From Oscillospiraceae bacterium (GTDB lineage: Bacteria; Bacillota; Clostridia; Oscillospirales; Acutalibacteraceae), in the NCBI GenBank assembly GCA_015066395.1, contig SVOL01000006.1, positions 10,218 through 74,217 of the forward strand: 64,000 bases of DNA, in the 5' to 3' direction. A program made the translations under genes and the position numbers. The notes below the pieces were generated by a model that was given only the letters and a program-made list of their open reading frames with translations, had not been told where the DNA came from and searched no databases. Shown here in pieces: positions 9,219-20,054 of this stretch (position 1 is the stretch's first letter; every line of letters begins with the position of its first letter).

Positions 9219-12200
9219 TCAGAATGAAATGTATTTGCCGAGTTTCAGGCTGAACAGCACACACTCTTTGACTTCCCTTTCAAAAACTTTTTCAAGGGCG
9301 TATTTATATATTTCCAGCTGCTTTTTGTATCGGTCATAGAGTTCATCGGCCGACTTGACCGAATCGGTCTTGAAATCAAAAACCACCAATTTACCGTCTT
9401 CGACCAGTATACAGTCGGCAATGCCCTGGACTATAGTCGTACCGCCGTCTAAAGGATATTCAACCATAAATTTATACTCGCGGTAGAGTTCGTCTGCCCT
9501 TTCAAACCGATCGTACATATCGCTTGCGAAGAACATTTTGATGTACTTAAGATCGATCGACTCAGCTTCTTCCTCGCTCAAAAACTCCCACTCTCTGAGC
9601 CGTTCCAGCTCAGCCGCAGGATTTTTTGCTGCGGCTTTAAAGTCGGCAAACTGCATAAACTTGTGCATGGCTGTGCCGCGCTCTGCAGGAGTAAGTCCGG
9701 ATTTTGACATAAACGAGGGTTTTGAAGTAAAGGTATATTCCGATGCTTCGCCGTGCACCAGCTCGGTTACGGCAAATTTAGAGGGCATTCGGCAATCAGC
9801 CTCAAAGGGATATACGAAGTCAAAACGCTCTTCTATTTTACTTCTTAACTCATTATCGCTCACAAACTCGGTTGCTTCTTTTTCACCCTTGATCTCGGAT
9901 ACATCTTCCGAAGTTTCTAAAAACGATGAGACCGTGACCTTAAACCTCGAACCGCTGTTCACAGCCACTGAATTAAGATCAGCATAACTTAAGATCTTTT
10001 CGCCGTCCTTTTGCATAATCAGCGAAAGGAGCAAAAGATCAAGATAGCGCTTTGCATTTGTGATCGCTGACACCGATGCCTTCTGCCGCTCTATGTCGCA
10101 GGACGAGAGTTGCAAATTAGCAGAGACTATGTCCTTTTTAAGATTCTTCGACGTTCCGAAAATCACCAGTCGGTCCTCGGCACGCGTAAGTGCAACATAC
10201 AATACACGTATTTCCTCGGAAATAAGCAGTTTCTTTCGGTGGGTCTCAATAACTTTGCCCGCCGCAGAATGTTTAAAGCCGCCATCACTCGGGTGCTTGA
10301 CAGCAATTCCGAAACTGTTGCTGAAAATGTACTTGTCGGTAAGGTCCATTGTCTGAAACCTGCCGCCGACAGCTGATAGAATGCAAACCGGAAACTGCAG
10401 ACCCTTAGACTTATGGAAACTCATAAGTCTGACTGCATCAGCGTTGCCGGACATAGAGTCGGCTCCTATATCGGTCTGCCTTTCCAAGTTGGCGATAAAA
10501 GCGCCAAGATCGTTGCCGTAGACCGAATAATGACCGTCCGCCAAAGAAATGATCTTATTGATGTTTTCCGACACGGTGTCAAAATTCGACAAATGCCCGT
10601 AGATCGCCGAAATCAAAAACTCTTCACAGATGTTAGAAATAAAACGACCTAAAGGTTCAATGGCGGCACGTGCCCTCAAATCGGAGAGTGATTTCAAAAA
10701 CTTTTTGCATTTTTCATTACCGTTATGTGCCTCTGACAGCACCGCAGAATAAAGGGATTTTTCCCTGTTGTTCTGCTTGATGGCGACCATATCATCGTAA
10801 CTAAAGCCGAAAAACGCCGACGTCATGGCAGCCGCCAAAGGTATATCTCTCGACGGATTATTGACGGTCTTTAGCAATGAAATTATCGCCATGACCTCGG
10901 GACTGTCGATAAAAGACTCCGACATCACCGATACCGGGATCCCGTGACGTTTCAGAGCGGACTCATATATCGTGTGACGGCTTTTTGGCGAACGCATAAG
11001 TATTGCAAAATCGCCGTATTTAGCCTGCCTTAAAGTCTCACCGTCGCGGACAAACTCACCCTCGGTCATTGCTCTTTTTATATACTGAGCAATTTCCTCG
11101 GCCTCAATTTCCTCGTTTTTGGCTTTAGTGCCGTTATCGCAGAGGTAGACCTCGGTCGTCAGCTTGTCGGTCTCGGGAAACTTAGCGGAAGCTACAAGTT
11201 CATCCTCTTTTTCGTATTCCATACCCGACACTTCGCGGAGCATCACGGTATTACAGAACTCGTTGACAAACTCACATACACCCTTGCGGCTTCTGAAGTT
11301 GTTTTTAAATATTATCTTTGACTTTTCATTTCCCTTTTCGTAAAGAGGAAAAGTGTTTTTATAGCGAAGAAAGTTATCAGGATTGGCGTTTCTGAAGCCA
11401 TAGACACACTGCTTGACATCACCGACCATAAACAAATTCTTACCGCCGTCCGACACAGCAAAAAACAACGCATCCTGCAGGTCGTTATTGTCCTGATACT
11501 CATCGACAAGCACACATTTATAGTTCTTGCAAATGTCTTTGGACAGTTCTGACGGAACAAGTTTGCCGTCGACATCACGACATAAAATCTCCAACGCCAA
11601 ATGCTCAACCATTGAGAACGTGAACTGCTTTTTCGAGTTCATAAACTCAAAAAATTCATCATAAAACAGCGTCGTAAGCTCACACAGCTTGGAGACTAAT
11701 ATTCTACCAACCTCTATCTCCTCATCATTTGGTATCGAAGAAAGGCAAGTATCACAGATCTCTCTGACTTTTGCCTTGATGTTTGTGTTGAAGTCGCGTA
11801 TCAGCTCAACCGTCTCAGACATTTCCTTGCTGCTTCTGACAGTAACGCTTGGCATACTGTATCCCTCGGCAAATTTTACCGCTTCACTGAACTTTTCCTC
11901 GGAAATAAGACTTTTGAGGTTCTTTAAAAAAGAGGATACATCGGAATAAAAATCTATAAATTTGCCCGCATCGGCAAGACCCAACACCTCACGCGAAGCG
12001 ATAGAGCAAAGCGACAACGCTTCATCGATCAAGGACATAGAATCACGAAGCAACTGATCGGTATAAAACCTATAACCCTCACGGCCATTCATATAATGCT
12101 TCGCGGCGTCCGAAAGCCATTTTTTAGGTTGCGGCAAGGTTATAGCATAATCGTATATTTTTCTTATAGCAGTCTTAAGCGATTTTTCGCCCGAATCAAT

Positions 12201-12686
12201 ACCGAAAACGCGACCAAGGTAATCAAAATCGGGGTCATCGGCGGCGTAAAACCTTAGAAAAATGTCGTCAAGAACCTTATCGGAATACTTGTCAATAGCG
12301 GCATTGTCGCTGAGTGTAAAATCGGGTTCGATATTTAAAACGCTGAAATTCTTACGTACGAGATCCAGGCAAAAAGCGTCGATCGAGCAGATCTTAGCAC
12401 TCTGTAGCAGCATCTTTTGTTTAGCATAAAACGGGTCACCGATATGCATAAGACTTATCTCATAGATACGGGAAGAAATGCGCGCCCTCAGCTCTGAGGC
12501 GGCGGCGTTTGTAAAGGTTACGATCAACAGCTTGTCCGCATCAATACCGTTTTCTTTATCACAGACGATCTTTGCCACTCGCTCAGTCAAGACCGCAGTC
12601 TTACCAGAACCCGCTGCAGCCGAGACCAGCACGGTACCGCCGGCTTCAATAGCAAGAGTCTGATCATCGGTAAACTTGATAGCCAC
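9219..12686 (-). CDS. addA: ATP-dependent helicase/nuclease subunit A
   Basis: 1155 aa. UvrD-type Walker A AAAGSGKT. C-terminal PD-(D/E)XK nuclease region. Follows addB. Confidence 0.95.
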   Translation of the reverse strand: MAIKFTDDQTLAIEAGGTVLVSAAAGSGKTAVLTERVAKIVCDKENGIDADKLLIVTFTNAAASELRARISSRIYEISLMHIGDPFYAKQKMLLQSAKICSIDAFCLDLVRKNFSVLNIEPDFTLSDNAAIDKYSDKVLDDIFLRFYAADDPDFDYLGRVFGIDSGEKSLKTAIRKIYDYAITLPQPKKWLSDAAKHYMNGREGYRFYTDQLLRDSMSLIDEALSLCSIASREVLGLADAGKFIDFYSDVSSFLKNLKSLISEEKFSEAVKFAEGYSMPSVTVRSSKEMSETVELIRDFNTNIKAKVREICDTCLSSIPNDEEIEVGRILVSKLCELTTLFYDEFFEFMNSKKQFTFSMVEHLALEILCRDVDGKLVPSELSKDICKNYKCVLVDEYQDNNDLQDALFFAVSDGGKNLFMVGDVKQCVYGFRNANPDNFLRYKNTFPLYEKGNEKSKIIFKNNFRSRKGVCEFVNEFCNTVMLREVSGMEYEKEDELVASAKFPETDKLTTEVYLCDNGTKAKNEEIEAEEIAQYIKRAMTEGEFVRDGETLRQAKYGDFAILMRSPKSRHTIYESALKRHGIPVSVMSESFIDSPEVMAIISLLKTVNNPSRDIPLAAAMTSAFFGFSYDDMVAIKQNNREKSLYSAVLSEAHNGNEKCKKFLKSLSDLRARAAIEPLGRFISNICEEFLISAIYGHLSNFDTVSENINKIISLADGHYSVYGNDLGAFIANLERQTDIGADSMSGNADAVRLMSFHKSKGLQFPVCILSAVGGRFQTMDLTDKYIFSNSFGIAVKHPSDGGFKHSAAGKVIETHRKKLLISEEIRVLYVALTRAEDRLVIFGTSKNLKKDIVSANLQLSSCDIERQKASVSAITNAKRYLDLLLLSLIMQKDGEKILSYADLNSVAVNSGSRFKVTVSSFLETSEDVSEIKGEKEATEFVSDNELRSKIEERFDFVYPFEADCRMPSKFAVTELVHGEASEYTFTSKPSFMSKSGLTPAERGTAMHKFMQFADFKAAAKNPAAELERLREWEFLSEEEAESIDLKYIKMFFASDMYDRFERADELYREYKFMVEYPLDGGTTIVQGIADCILVEDGKLVVFDFKTDSVKSADELYDRYKKQLEIYKYALEKVFEREVKECVLFSLKLGKYISF

Positions 12687-15600
12687 TACTTCTCCTCCAT
12701 TTCCTTTAAGATCTCAGCCACGGCATAGTCGTTATTGCCGCTCTTTTTCTCCTTGATTATCTCGCTCTTCTGCGCGCGGCAGAAAAGTCTGTAATCACAC
12801 CAATCACACGAATAATGATTGTTATCATAAAAGGTTGACGCCGAAATGTCACCCATTTCCAATTTTGAACCGAGAACTGAAAGCGTATGATCAAGATATT
12901 TAAAAGCAATATCAAAAACATCGCGCTCAACACCCGATGCGCTCTTGCTGACCTCGCCGTCCTTTTTCAAATAAACGGGGATTATCTTACCCTTCGGCTC
13001 CATTTCCATCTCGCGAATAACCTCAGGATCGGAAAGAACGATGCCGTTCATTTTAATATAATCACCGCGTTTTTTGGTTGAATGATCGGCACGCGTGTTG
13101 AAGTAAAGCACCGCCGTCGGTTCTTTTTCCTTCAAAATGTCCCGACCGTTTTTTATTATCGAATACAGATATAACATCATCTGCATATTAAGTCCGTTCA
13201 GAAGATCCGAGAGTTTGAAATTCTTACTGCTCGACTTATAGTCGACCACCCTCACACCGCCACTGTCACTCACATCAACGCGGTCGACACTACCGACGAT
13301 GCCGACAGTCCTTCCCTTTTCGGTCTTTGCCTTGACCGACTGAACCTGACCGGACGAGCCACCGATTTTAAGCTCGCAGGCAACCGGCTTATACGCACTT
13401 TGTCTAAATTCATTGTTTATAGCCGTTGCAACGTAGCAGGCGGTCTTTTTCAGTATCTCCAGCATATATCTGAACCGCTCACCCAAAGCGGTCTTATCGA
13501 CCTTTTTGTCCTGAAGGTACTGCTCGCACAGCTGAGCTGTCTCGGTTTCGATACATTCTTCTGTCAACGTACCGATATCACTAAAATGTGCAGTAACAAA
13601 CTTTTCAAGACAGTAATGAACGATATTACCCTTGGTCAATGCATCGAAATCGACCTTATTGAGGGATTTAAGTCCCAAAGAATAGCGGCAGAAATACATA
13701 AATCTGCAGGTGTTAAAGCTCTCTATTTTAGTGGCTGAAAGGGTTATATTATCCGAATAAAGCGACTCGACCGACTGAGCCGAAAGCTGACGCAAAGGAG
13801 CGTCGGAATAGGTCTCAAAGCACTTGTATCTTTCGAAGAATGCGGGATCGTTCTTAAAATAGTTTTTGAGTTCCGACAAGACCTCCGAGTCGGCATTACT
13901 ATAACGACCGAGAAGCTGAAATGCCGCGTCCTTAGACTCTATATCGTCGATCGAAACACATTCAACTCCGCCGTTTTTGGCACTGCCCTCAAGTGTAAAC
14001 TTCTTTGAGATATCAGAAAGTATCGCCGACGGCATAAGTCCCTCGCCCGACAGAGATCTGCAAGGGTATGTGAAATAAAGCCTGTCAGAGCACAGAGTGC
14101 AGGCATAATAGAAGAGATAATTTTCATCGATACTGTCGTCCAGAGCCTTATTAGAAATTCCGATGCCGAAATCCTTTAAGGCCGAACGCTCTAAGCTCGA
14201 AAACAGACCGCCGTCAGACGGCGACTGCGGAAACCTGTCCTGATTAACGCCGATAACAAAAGCGATCTTCGGATCAACGGTACGGATCCTATCGGCAGTA
14301 CCGAAAATGACCTGATCCTCAGTCTGGGGTATCTCGCCGACCGTTTCAAACGACAAAGCGGAAGACAAAAGATCGCAAAACTCCGTTGCCGGAATTTCGC
14401 CGTCCGCTACAGACACGATCTTATCGAATATCTTTATCAGAACATCATAACCCTGGCGTTGATACTCTGCATCGTCGAGCGCTCCCAGTTGCTCCAAATT
14501 TTCGATATATTGCTTCAAAGCATCAAGCGTACCCAATTCCTCAAACAGCCGCAAAATCCCCTTACAGGTGTTTTCGGCTGTGGAATTCAGCGATTCACGA
14601 AGTCCGAACAATGCTTTAACAACCGCCGAGCGGTAAACATTCAACTCAGAATTATCAAATTCATCATCAAAATCCGACAAACCGTTGGGATTCTGGGTCC
14701 ACTCATTGTACCAGCCGTTGCCGTTAATATTCCAGACATAAGCATAGTTTTCCAGAGAAAGAACGGCATCGTCCGGCACGAAAGTAAGCCCGGTTTTAAG
14801 CATTTTTACAATATCCTCGGTATCAAAAGACAATGCCGCCTTGAGCGCACACAAAGTAAAACTCGACAAAGGCAATCCGGAGACCGAAATGCGGGAATCA
14901 ACAAAGGTCGGCACCGCATAACGCCTTGCCAAGAGGTTTACAAGCTCTGAATACGGCTCACCGCTTCTCGAAACGATAACAAAATCCTTGAATCTCAAGC
15001 CCTCTTCGCGCACCATTCGGCGAATGGTCTTGAAGCAGAAATCAACCTCATCTTTAGGCGTAGGCAGACTGAAAACGGTAATATCGCCCGAAATTTCTCC
15101 CTCTTTGTCTTCATCGTCAAAAAAGCGTTCCAGCCGTGAAATATCCGACGAATTATAAAAGGAATCCGCAAGCCTTGTTTCTTTGACTGATACCGCACTT
15201 TGGGAAGCGACCGACTTTAATCTCAACGCACTTGCTTTAATGTTTGCGAACAACTCGGTCTCACTCTTGACAATAAGCGAATCACAGCAGAAGGACACAA
15301 CCGTATCATCTGCACCCGAAATGATACGTTCAAGCAACAAATACTGCGACTCTGTAAAGCCCTTGAATTCATCAATTATAACAGTTTTACCGTTGAAAAA
15401 CGTATTATCGGGCAATAGAGCGACCGATCTTTCCAAAACATCAAAGGGATCAACAAATTTTGTGCCCAAAAGGCCGTTATAGGCCTTTAAGATAAGACAA
15501 ATATCATAAAGCTTGTCCTTGAAAACCGATTTCTCCAGCAGATCGCAGTTGAGCATCAATGCATCGACATCGACAGCGGCGGTTTTAAGTTCACCCACGA

Positions 15601-15964
15601 CCGAAAGCATCTGCCGTGCAAAATCAGCGGAATTAACGTATCTTTTGAAATGCTTAAGATTATCCTGCACCGATTTGAGCGCTTTTCTCACCAAAATATA
15701 GCGGATACCTTCGTCAACACTAACAGCAGACAGCCCGCCGTAAACCTTCGCTATTTCGGTAGCAAGACCCGTAAAACTCAGTATCTCTATTCGGTTAAAA
15801 ACCGCAGGTCCCAGTCTTCGGAGCAGCTTTCTTTGAGTCTCAAAGGTGAACTGCTCCGGTACGACAAAAATAACCTTTCCGCCTGAAGACACGACCTTCT
15901 CAGCGGTTTTAAGGCAATATTCCGATTTACCTGTATTCGCAGTTCCCAACACTAATTCCAGCAT
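12686..15964 (-). CDS. addB: ATP-dependent helicase/deoxyribonuclease subunit B
   Basis: 1092 aa. GTANTGKS P-loop. C-terminal Cys cluster (CRFMYFC ... CDWCDYRLFC) typical of the AddB Fe-S nuclease domain. Confidence 0.95.
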   Translation of the reverse strand: MLELVLGTANTGKSEYCLKTAEKVVSSGGKVIFVVPEQFTFETQRKLLRRLGPAVFNRIEILSFTGLATEIAKVYGGLSAVSVDEGIRYILVRKALKSVQDNLKHFKRYVNSADFARQMLSVVGELKTAAVDVDALMLNCDLLEKSVFKDKLYDICLILKAYNGLLGTKFVDPFDVLERSVALLPDNTFFNGKTVIIDEFKGFTESQYLLLERIISGADDTVVSFCCDSLIVKSETELFANIKASALRLKSVASQSAVSVKETRLADSFYNSSDISRLERFFDDEDKEGEISGDITVFSLPTPKDEVDFCFKTIRRMVREEGLRFKDFVIVSRSGEPYSELVNLLARRYAVPTFVDSRISVSGLPLSSFTLCALKAALSFDTEDIVKMLKTGLTFVPDDAVLSLENYAYVWNINGNGWYNEWTQNPNGLSDFDDEFDNSELNVYRSAVVKALFGLRESLNSTAENTCKGILRLFEELGTLDALKQYIENLEQLGALDDAEYQRQGYDVLIKIFDKIVSVADGEIPATEFCDLLSSALSFETVGEIPQTEDQVIFGTADRIRTVDPKIAFVIGVNQDRFPQSPSDGGLFSSLERSALKDFGIGISNKALDDSIDENYLFYYACTLCSDRLYFTYPCRSLSGEGLMPSAILSDISKKFTLEGSAKNGGVECVSIDDIESKDAAFQLLGRYSNADSEVLSELKNYFKNDPAFFERYKCFETYSDAPLRQLSAQSVESLYSDNITLSATKIESFNTCRFMYFCRYSLGLKSLNKVDFDALTKGNIVHYCLEKFVTAHFSDIGTLTEECIETETAQLCEQYLQDKKVDKTALGERFRYMLEILKKTACYVATAINNEFRQSAYKPVACELKIGGSSGQVQSVKAKTEKGRTVGIVGSVDRVDVSDSGGVRVVDYKSSSKNFKLSDLLNGLNMQMMLYLYSIIKNGRDILKEKEPTAVLYFNTRADHSTKKRGDYIKMNGIVLSDPEVIREMEMEPKGKIIPVYLKKDGEVSKSASGVERDVFDIAFKYLDHTLSVLGSKLEMGDISASTFYDNNHYSCDWCDYRLFCRAQKSEIIKEKKSGNNDYAVAEILKEMEEK

Positions 15965-15987
15965 ATTACACCTCCGAAGATTTTACT

Positions 15988-16260
15988 TTAAAAGAACAGT
16001 CTCAAGGTAAGCAATCCCAGCACTCCGGGCAACCCGAGAGCGGCACTGCTTAAAACAGTATAGGGATTAACGGGCAGAGTAACCCCTGTGAATTTTGAAA
16101 AAATGTTTATTACAGCCATTGCAACAACGCCCGAAAGTGCCGATAAAAGCAGTGTTCTCATGAATGCACCGCTTTTTTTGGCAAATACGAGCAACAAAAT
16201 AAAATACAAACACATTAAAATAATACTAAAAATTTTGATAAATTGCAAGGCATTCTCCAC
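15988..16260 (-). CDS. bofA: pro-sigmaK processing inhibitor BofA family
   Basis: About 90 aa membrane protein. ...VNIFSKFTGVTLPVNPYTVLSSAALGLPGVLGL matches the BofA C-terminal pattern. The true start may be the in-frame TTG at 16248 (GGTGGAG RBS). Confidence 0.6.
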   Translation of the reverse strand: MENALQFIKIFSIILMCLYFILLLVFAKKSGAFMRTLLLSALSGVVAMAVINIFSKFTGVTLPVNPYTVLSSAALGLPGVLGLLTLRLFF

Positions 16261-16360
16261 CCTTTTATATATTAAAATTCAACTTAAAAAATAAATACGC
16301 AAATAAATGCAAAAAAATACCGCCCGAACTTACAGTTCGAGCGGTAAACTCAGTTAATTA

Positions 16361-16609
16361 TTATTTAACCAAAAGTGCAACGGCACTTGCAGCGATAGCC
16401 AGTACAAAGAAGATCAAAGCGATCCATTTTGTCCAAGCGGAAATCTTACCGTCCATGTCTCTTGCCTTGTTCTTGGAGAAGAAGGTGTCAACACCGCCGG
16501 AGATCGCACCGATACCGGCACGACGGCTCTGCTGGAGCAGAACAACGACGATGATCAAGAGTGATACGATAATCATTGCAATACCGATTACTATCATCCA
16601 AACATTCAT
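16361..16609 (-). CDS. secG: preprotein translocase subunit SecG
   Basis: MNVWMIVIGIAMIIVSLLIIVVVLLQQSRRAGIGAISGG... Start set at ATG 16609 downstream of GGAGG. Confidence 0.8.
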   Translation of the reverse strand: MNVWMIVIGIAMIIVSLLIIVVVLLQQSRRAGIGAISGGVDTFFSKNKARDMDGKISAWTKWIALIFFVLAIAASAVALLVK

Positions 16610-16699
16610 TTGTGATACCTCCAAAGTATATAAAACATCATTTTTTATTATTTAGCCAAATCATTGTATCACAAACCTGCAAGGATTGCAACACTTTTT

Positions 16700-18097
16700 T
16701 TACATCGGATGCACTTTATTTTCCGAATCAGCGTTAGCGGCATCAACCTTGTACTTTTTGTTGGCTCTCTTTTCGAAGTAGTCAACAGCCACCTTCGGGA
16801 ACTGTGCATAAGACAGAACGTCTTCCTCCTGCTCAGACCACTTTGCACACTCAGCACGAAGAGTCTCAAGCTCGGGAGCGATAAGGTCAGCAGGACGGCA
16901 TGTAATGGGTTCCTCGTCGCCGATGATTTTCTTCTGGAACTCGGGGTCGATAGCAACGGGTGTACGACCGTACTCACCACGAACGATACCCTTGAATTCC
17001 TTAGTTACCATCTTATAGCGCTCACCCATAATTACGTTGTAAACAGCCTGGGTGCCAACGATCTGTGAAGACGGAGTAACAAGCGGAGGATAACCGCAAT
17101 CGGCTCTGACTCTCGGCACTTCTTCAAGCACCTCGGTAAGCTTGTCCTCTTTACCTGCCTGCTTCAGCTGAGAAAGCAGGTTCGAAAGCATACCGCCGGG
17201 AACCTGGTAGATAAGTGCCTTTGCATCGGAAGCCAGCATCTTAGGAGAAAGCAGACCGTCTGCAATATATCTCTCACGCAAAGTCGAAACATACTTGGCG
17301 ATCTCGTCCAAAGCCTCGAGATTAAGAACGGTATCATACTCAGTACCGCTCAATGCAGCAACCATCGACTCGGTAGCGGGATGCGAGGTACCCATTGCCA
17401 AAGGCGACAATGCAGTATCAACAACATCTGCACCGGCTTCGATAGCCTTCATAAGAACCATAGAACCAAGTCCGGAAGTATAATGAGAATGAACCTGAAC
17501 AGGGATCTTAACGGTCTCTTTAATAGCCTTTACAAGATCATAGGTGGCATAAGGAGTAAGCAACGCGGCCATATCCTTAATGCAGATAGAATCAGCACCC
17601 ATACCCTCCAATTGCTTGGCGTAGTTCTTGTAATACTCAAGGTCGAACACGGGACCGGTGGTATAGGAAACGGCGGCCTGAACGTGAGCCTTTTCCTTCT
17701 TAGCGGCGTTGATAGACGTCTCAAGATTTCTTGTGTCATTAAGAGCATCAAAAATTCTTATAATATCAATACCGTTTGCTACCGACTTTTGAACAAGATA
17801 TTCTACAACGTCATCTGCATAATGTCTGTATCCCAGCATATTCTGTCCGCGGAACAGCATCTGTAACTTTGTGTTAGGGCACTTTTCGCGGATAATGCGA
17901 AGCCTCTCCCACGGATCCTCACTGAGGAAACGAAGGCAGGAGTCATAGGTTGCTCCACCCCAACATTCAAGAGAATGGAAACCGACCTTATCAAGCTTCT
18001 CTAAGATAGGAAGCATATCCTCGGTAGTCATACGGGTTGCCAGCAACGACTGGTGAGCGTCACGAAGCAACGTTTCGGTAATACCTATTTTAGCCAT
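16700..18097 (-). CDS. carboxyltransferase 5S-type subunit (oxaloacetate decarboxylase alpha / pyruvate carboxylase subunit B-like, no biotinyl domain)
   Basis: 465 aa. N-terminal ITETLLRDAHQSL HMGL-like TIM-barrel motif. Confidence 0.85.
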   Translation of the reverse strand: MAKIGITETLLRDAHQSLLATRMTTEDMLPILEKLDKVGFHSLECWGGATYDSCLRFLSEDPWERLRIIREKCPNTKLQMLFRGQNMLGYRHYADDVVEYLVQKSVANGIDIIRIFDALNDTRNLETSINAAKKEKAHVQAAVSYTTGPVFDLEYYKNYAKQLEGMGADSICIKDMAALLTPYATYDLVKAIKETVKIPVQVHSHYTSGLGSMVLMKAIEAGADVVDTALSPLAMGTSHPATESMVAALSGTEYDTVLNLEALDEIAKYVSTLRERYIADGLLSPKMLASDAKALIYQVPGGMLSNLLSQLKQAGKEDKLTEVLEEVPRVRADCGYPPLVTPSSQIVGTQAVYNVIMGERYKMVTKEFKGIVRGEYGRTPVAIDPEFQKKIIGDEEPITCRPADLIAPELETLRAECAKWSEQEEDVLSYAQFPKVAVDYFEKRANKKYKVDAANADSENKVHPM

Positions 18098-18119
18098 TAT
18101 TAGTCCTCTTTTCTACAAA

Positions 18120-18530
18120 TTAGCCGATAGTGACCAATACCTTGCCGACATCGACCGACTCACCCTGAGAAACCAGAACGGAGGTAACGGTACCGTCGCA
18201 AGGAGCAGTGATTTCATTTTCCATCTTCATAGCTTCAAGAACAACAACAGCGTCGCCGCTCTTAACAGCCTGACCGTTGGAAACGAGAACCTTCAGGATC
18301 GTACCGGGCATCGGAGCTGTGACCTCTTCACCGGCACCGGGAGCAGCTGCAGGAGCAGGTGCAGGTGCGGGTTCAGCTGCAGGAGCCGCAGCTACAGGCG
18401 CAGGTGCAGGTGCTGCTGCGGGAGCCGCAGGAGCAGCAACCGGAGCGGCTACGGGAGCCGAAACAACGCCGTTTTCCTCAACCTGAACATCGTATGCTTT
18501 ACCGTTAACTGTAATTTTAAACTGTCTCAT
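18120..18530 (-). CDS. biotin carboxyl carrier protein (1.3S-like)
   Basis: EAMKMENE biotinylation motif. Ala/Pro-rich linker. Start set at ATG 18530 after GGAGG. Confidence 0.9.
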   Translation of the reverse strand: MRQFKITVNGKAYDVQVEENGVVSAPVAAPVAAPAAPAAAPAPAPVAAAPAAEPAPAPAPAAAPGAGEEVTAPMPGTILKVLVSNGQAVKSGDAVVVLEAMKMENEITAPCDGTVTSVLVSQGESVDVGKVLVTIG

Positions 18531-18552
18531 TATTATTTCCTCCAAAATTCAA

Positions 18553-19923
18553 TTAGAAAGGCATATTAGAGTGCTTCTTCTCAACGGTCGAAACACGCTT
18601 GGATGCGAGCATATCGAGAGCGGCGATAACCTTGTCAGCCATCTGCTCTTTTGTAATAATATCAGTAACTGCACCGTTCTTTGCGGCCTCGAAAGGAGAA
18701 CCGGCGGTGAGCTTGTACTCTTCCTCGAGAGCCTCTCTCTTCTCTTCGCCTAAACGGTCCTTATAAAGGAACTGAACGGCAGTCATAGGCTCCAAAGGAC
18801 AAATTGCGGCATCTGCAAGACTCAAAACAATGTCAGCACCCGAAGCAGAACCTGCCATAGCAGTGTAAGCCGCACCGTAAGCCTTGCCGGTAATAACAGT
18901 GACCTTAGCGGTTGTAGCCTCGGCATAAGCCATTGTAAGAGTTGAAACAGCCTTGACCGAGCCGTCAGCCTCATCATCGGCACCACCCATAAAGCCAGCG
19001 CAATCGAGCAATGTTACAACGGGAATGGAGTAAGCATCGCAGAAACGGACAAAACGAGCGATCTTATTTGCACCGTTGCCGCAAAGCTTAGCATTATTAA
19101 CATCGGGGTTTGTAGCAACAACACCTACAGAATTGCCGGCAACCCTTGCAAAACCGACCTTGGCACAGCGACCAAAATCCTTCCAGAGTTCAGCAAAGCT
19201 GTCAGCATCGACGATAGCTTCGATACCGTCAGCGCCTGTAGCCGGAACATAATCGCAAATAGCGGGAACCGAAAGATTATTATCAGGCAATGCGGCCAAA
19301 AGACCGGAAACAACAGCCGCAGCTTCAGCCATATCAGAGACAACTGCGGCAACAGTACCGGCCTTAGCATTGAGTTCGGCAGTACCGGTAGCCTCATCGC
19401 CGGTAATAGCGGCAGAATTAACACAAAGTGAAGCACTTTCGAGCATTACGGTAACATCAGCAACTGTAGCCAAAACTGCGGCAGAACCGATGCATGTACC
19501 TGCAACGACCGATACTTGAGGAACAACACCCGAGATCTTGCCCGATGCAGCAATAAGATCGCCGTAAGCATTGAGAGCATCGACACCCTCTTCGGCAAAT
19601 GCGCCCTTGGAATCATAAATTCCAACTATCGGAGCACCGTTCATAAATGCCAGGTCATAAACCTTTTTGATCTTAGCGGCCTGAGCTCTGCCCATAGCGC
19701 CGGAGAGAACCGACACATCCTGAGAAAAAGCATAAACACCGCTACCGTTTACGTTACCGTAAGCAGTAACGACACCGCAACCGTTTTCGCCGTTTTTAGA
19801 GAAACGGTCAAGTTCGGTGAAAACACCGCCGTCAAACAAGGCGGCTAAGCGAGAATAAGCCTCACTCTTACACAGAGCGGCAGTCTCTGTTTCAAGGCGA
19901 GTGTAACCGTTTGCACAGTCCAT
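18553..19923 (-). CDS. acyl-CoA carboxyltransferase (12S / methylmalonyl-CoA-type) subunit
   Basis: 456 aa carboxyl_transferase-domain protein (…SGAMGRAQAAKI…, …VVAGTCIGSAA…). First gene of the three-gene cluster. Confidence 0.8.
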   Translation of the reverse strand: MDCANGYTRLETETAALCKSEAYSRLAALFDGGVFTELDRFSKNGENGCGVVTAYGNVNGSGVYAFSQDVSVLSGAMGRAQAAKIKKVYDLAFMNGAPIVGIYDSKGAFAEEGVDALNAYGDLIAASGKISGVVPQVSVVAGTCIGSAAVLATVADVTVMLESASLCVNSAAITGDEATGTAELNAKAGTVAAVVSDMAEAAAVVSGLLAALPDNNLSVPAICDYVPATGADGIEAIVDADSFAELWKDFGRCAKVGFARVAGNSVGVVATNPDVNNAKLCGNGANKIARFVRFCDAYSIPVVTLLDCAGFMGGADDEADGSVKAVSTLTMAYAEATTAKVTVITGKAYGAAYTAMAGSASGADIVLSLADAAICPLEPMTAVQFLYKDRLGEEKREALEEEYKLTAGSPFEAAKNGAVTDIITKEQMADKVIAALDMLASKRVSTVEKKHSNMPF

Positions 19924-20054
19924 TTATTTTCCTCCGTTCATACTTCAATACACGGCAAAGGTCTTCATCGTGTACTATATTTAAATTAAAATTGCATTAC
20001 TGACAGATATTATACTGCATTGACACAAAAATAACAAGTAAAATTTTAACAAAA

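Noticed and set aside
9219-15964. addAB as a possible defence-island component
   Set aside because: It is the housekeeping RecBCD-analogous recombination and repair enzyme. The neighbours (ybaK, bofA, secG) are core genes, and no restriction, abortive-infection or CBASS-type genes are nearby.
18277-18486. GC-rich repetitive stretch (GCAGGAGC-type repeats) that looks like a tandem repeat
   Set aside because: It is the Ala/Pro-rich flexible linker of the biotin carboxyl carrier protein, in frame on the minus strand.
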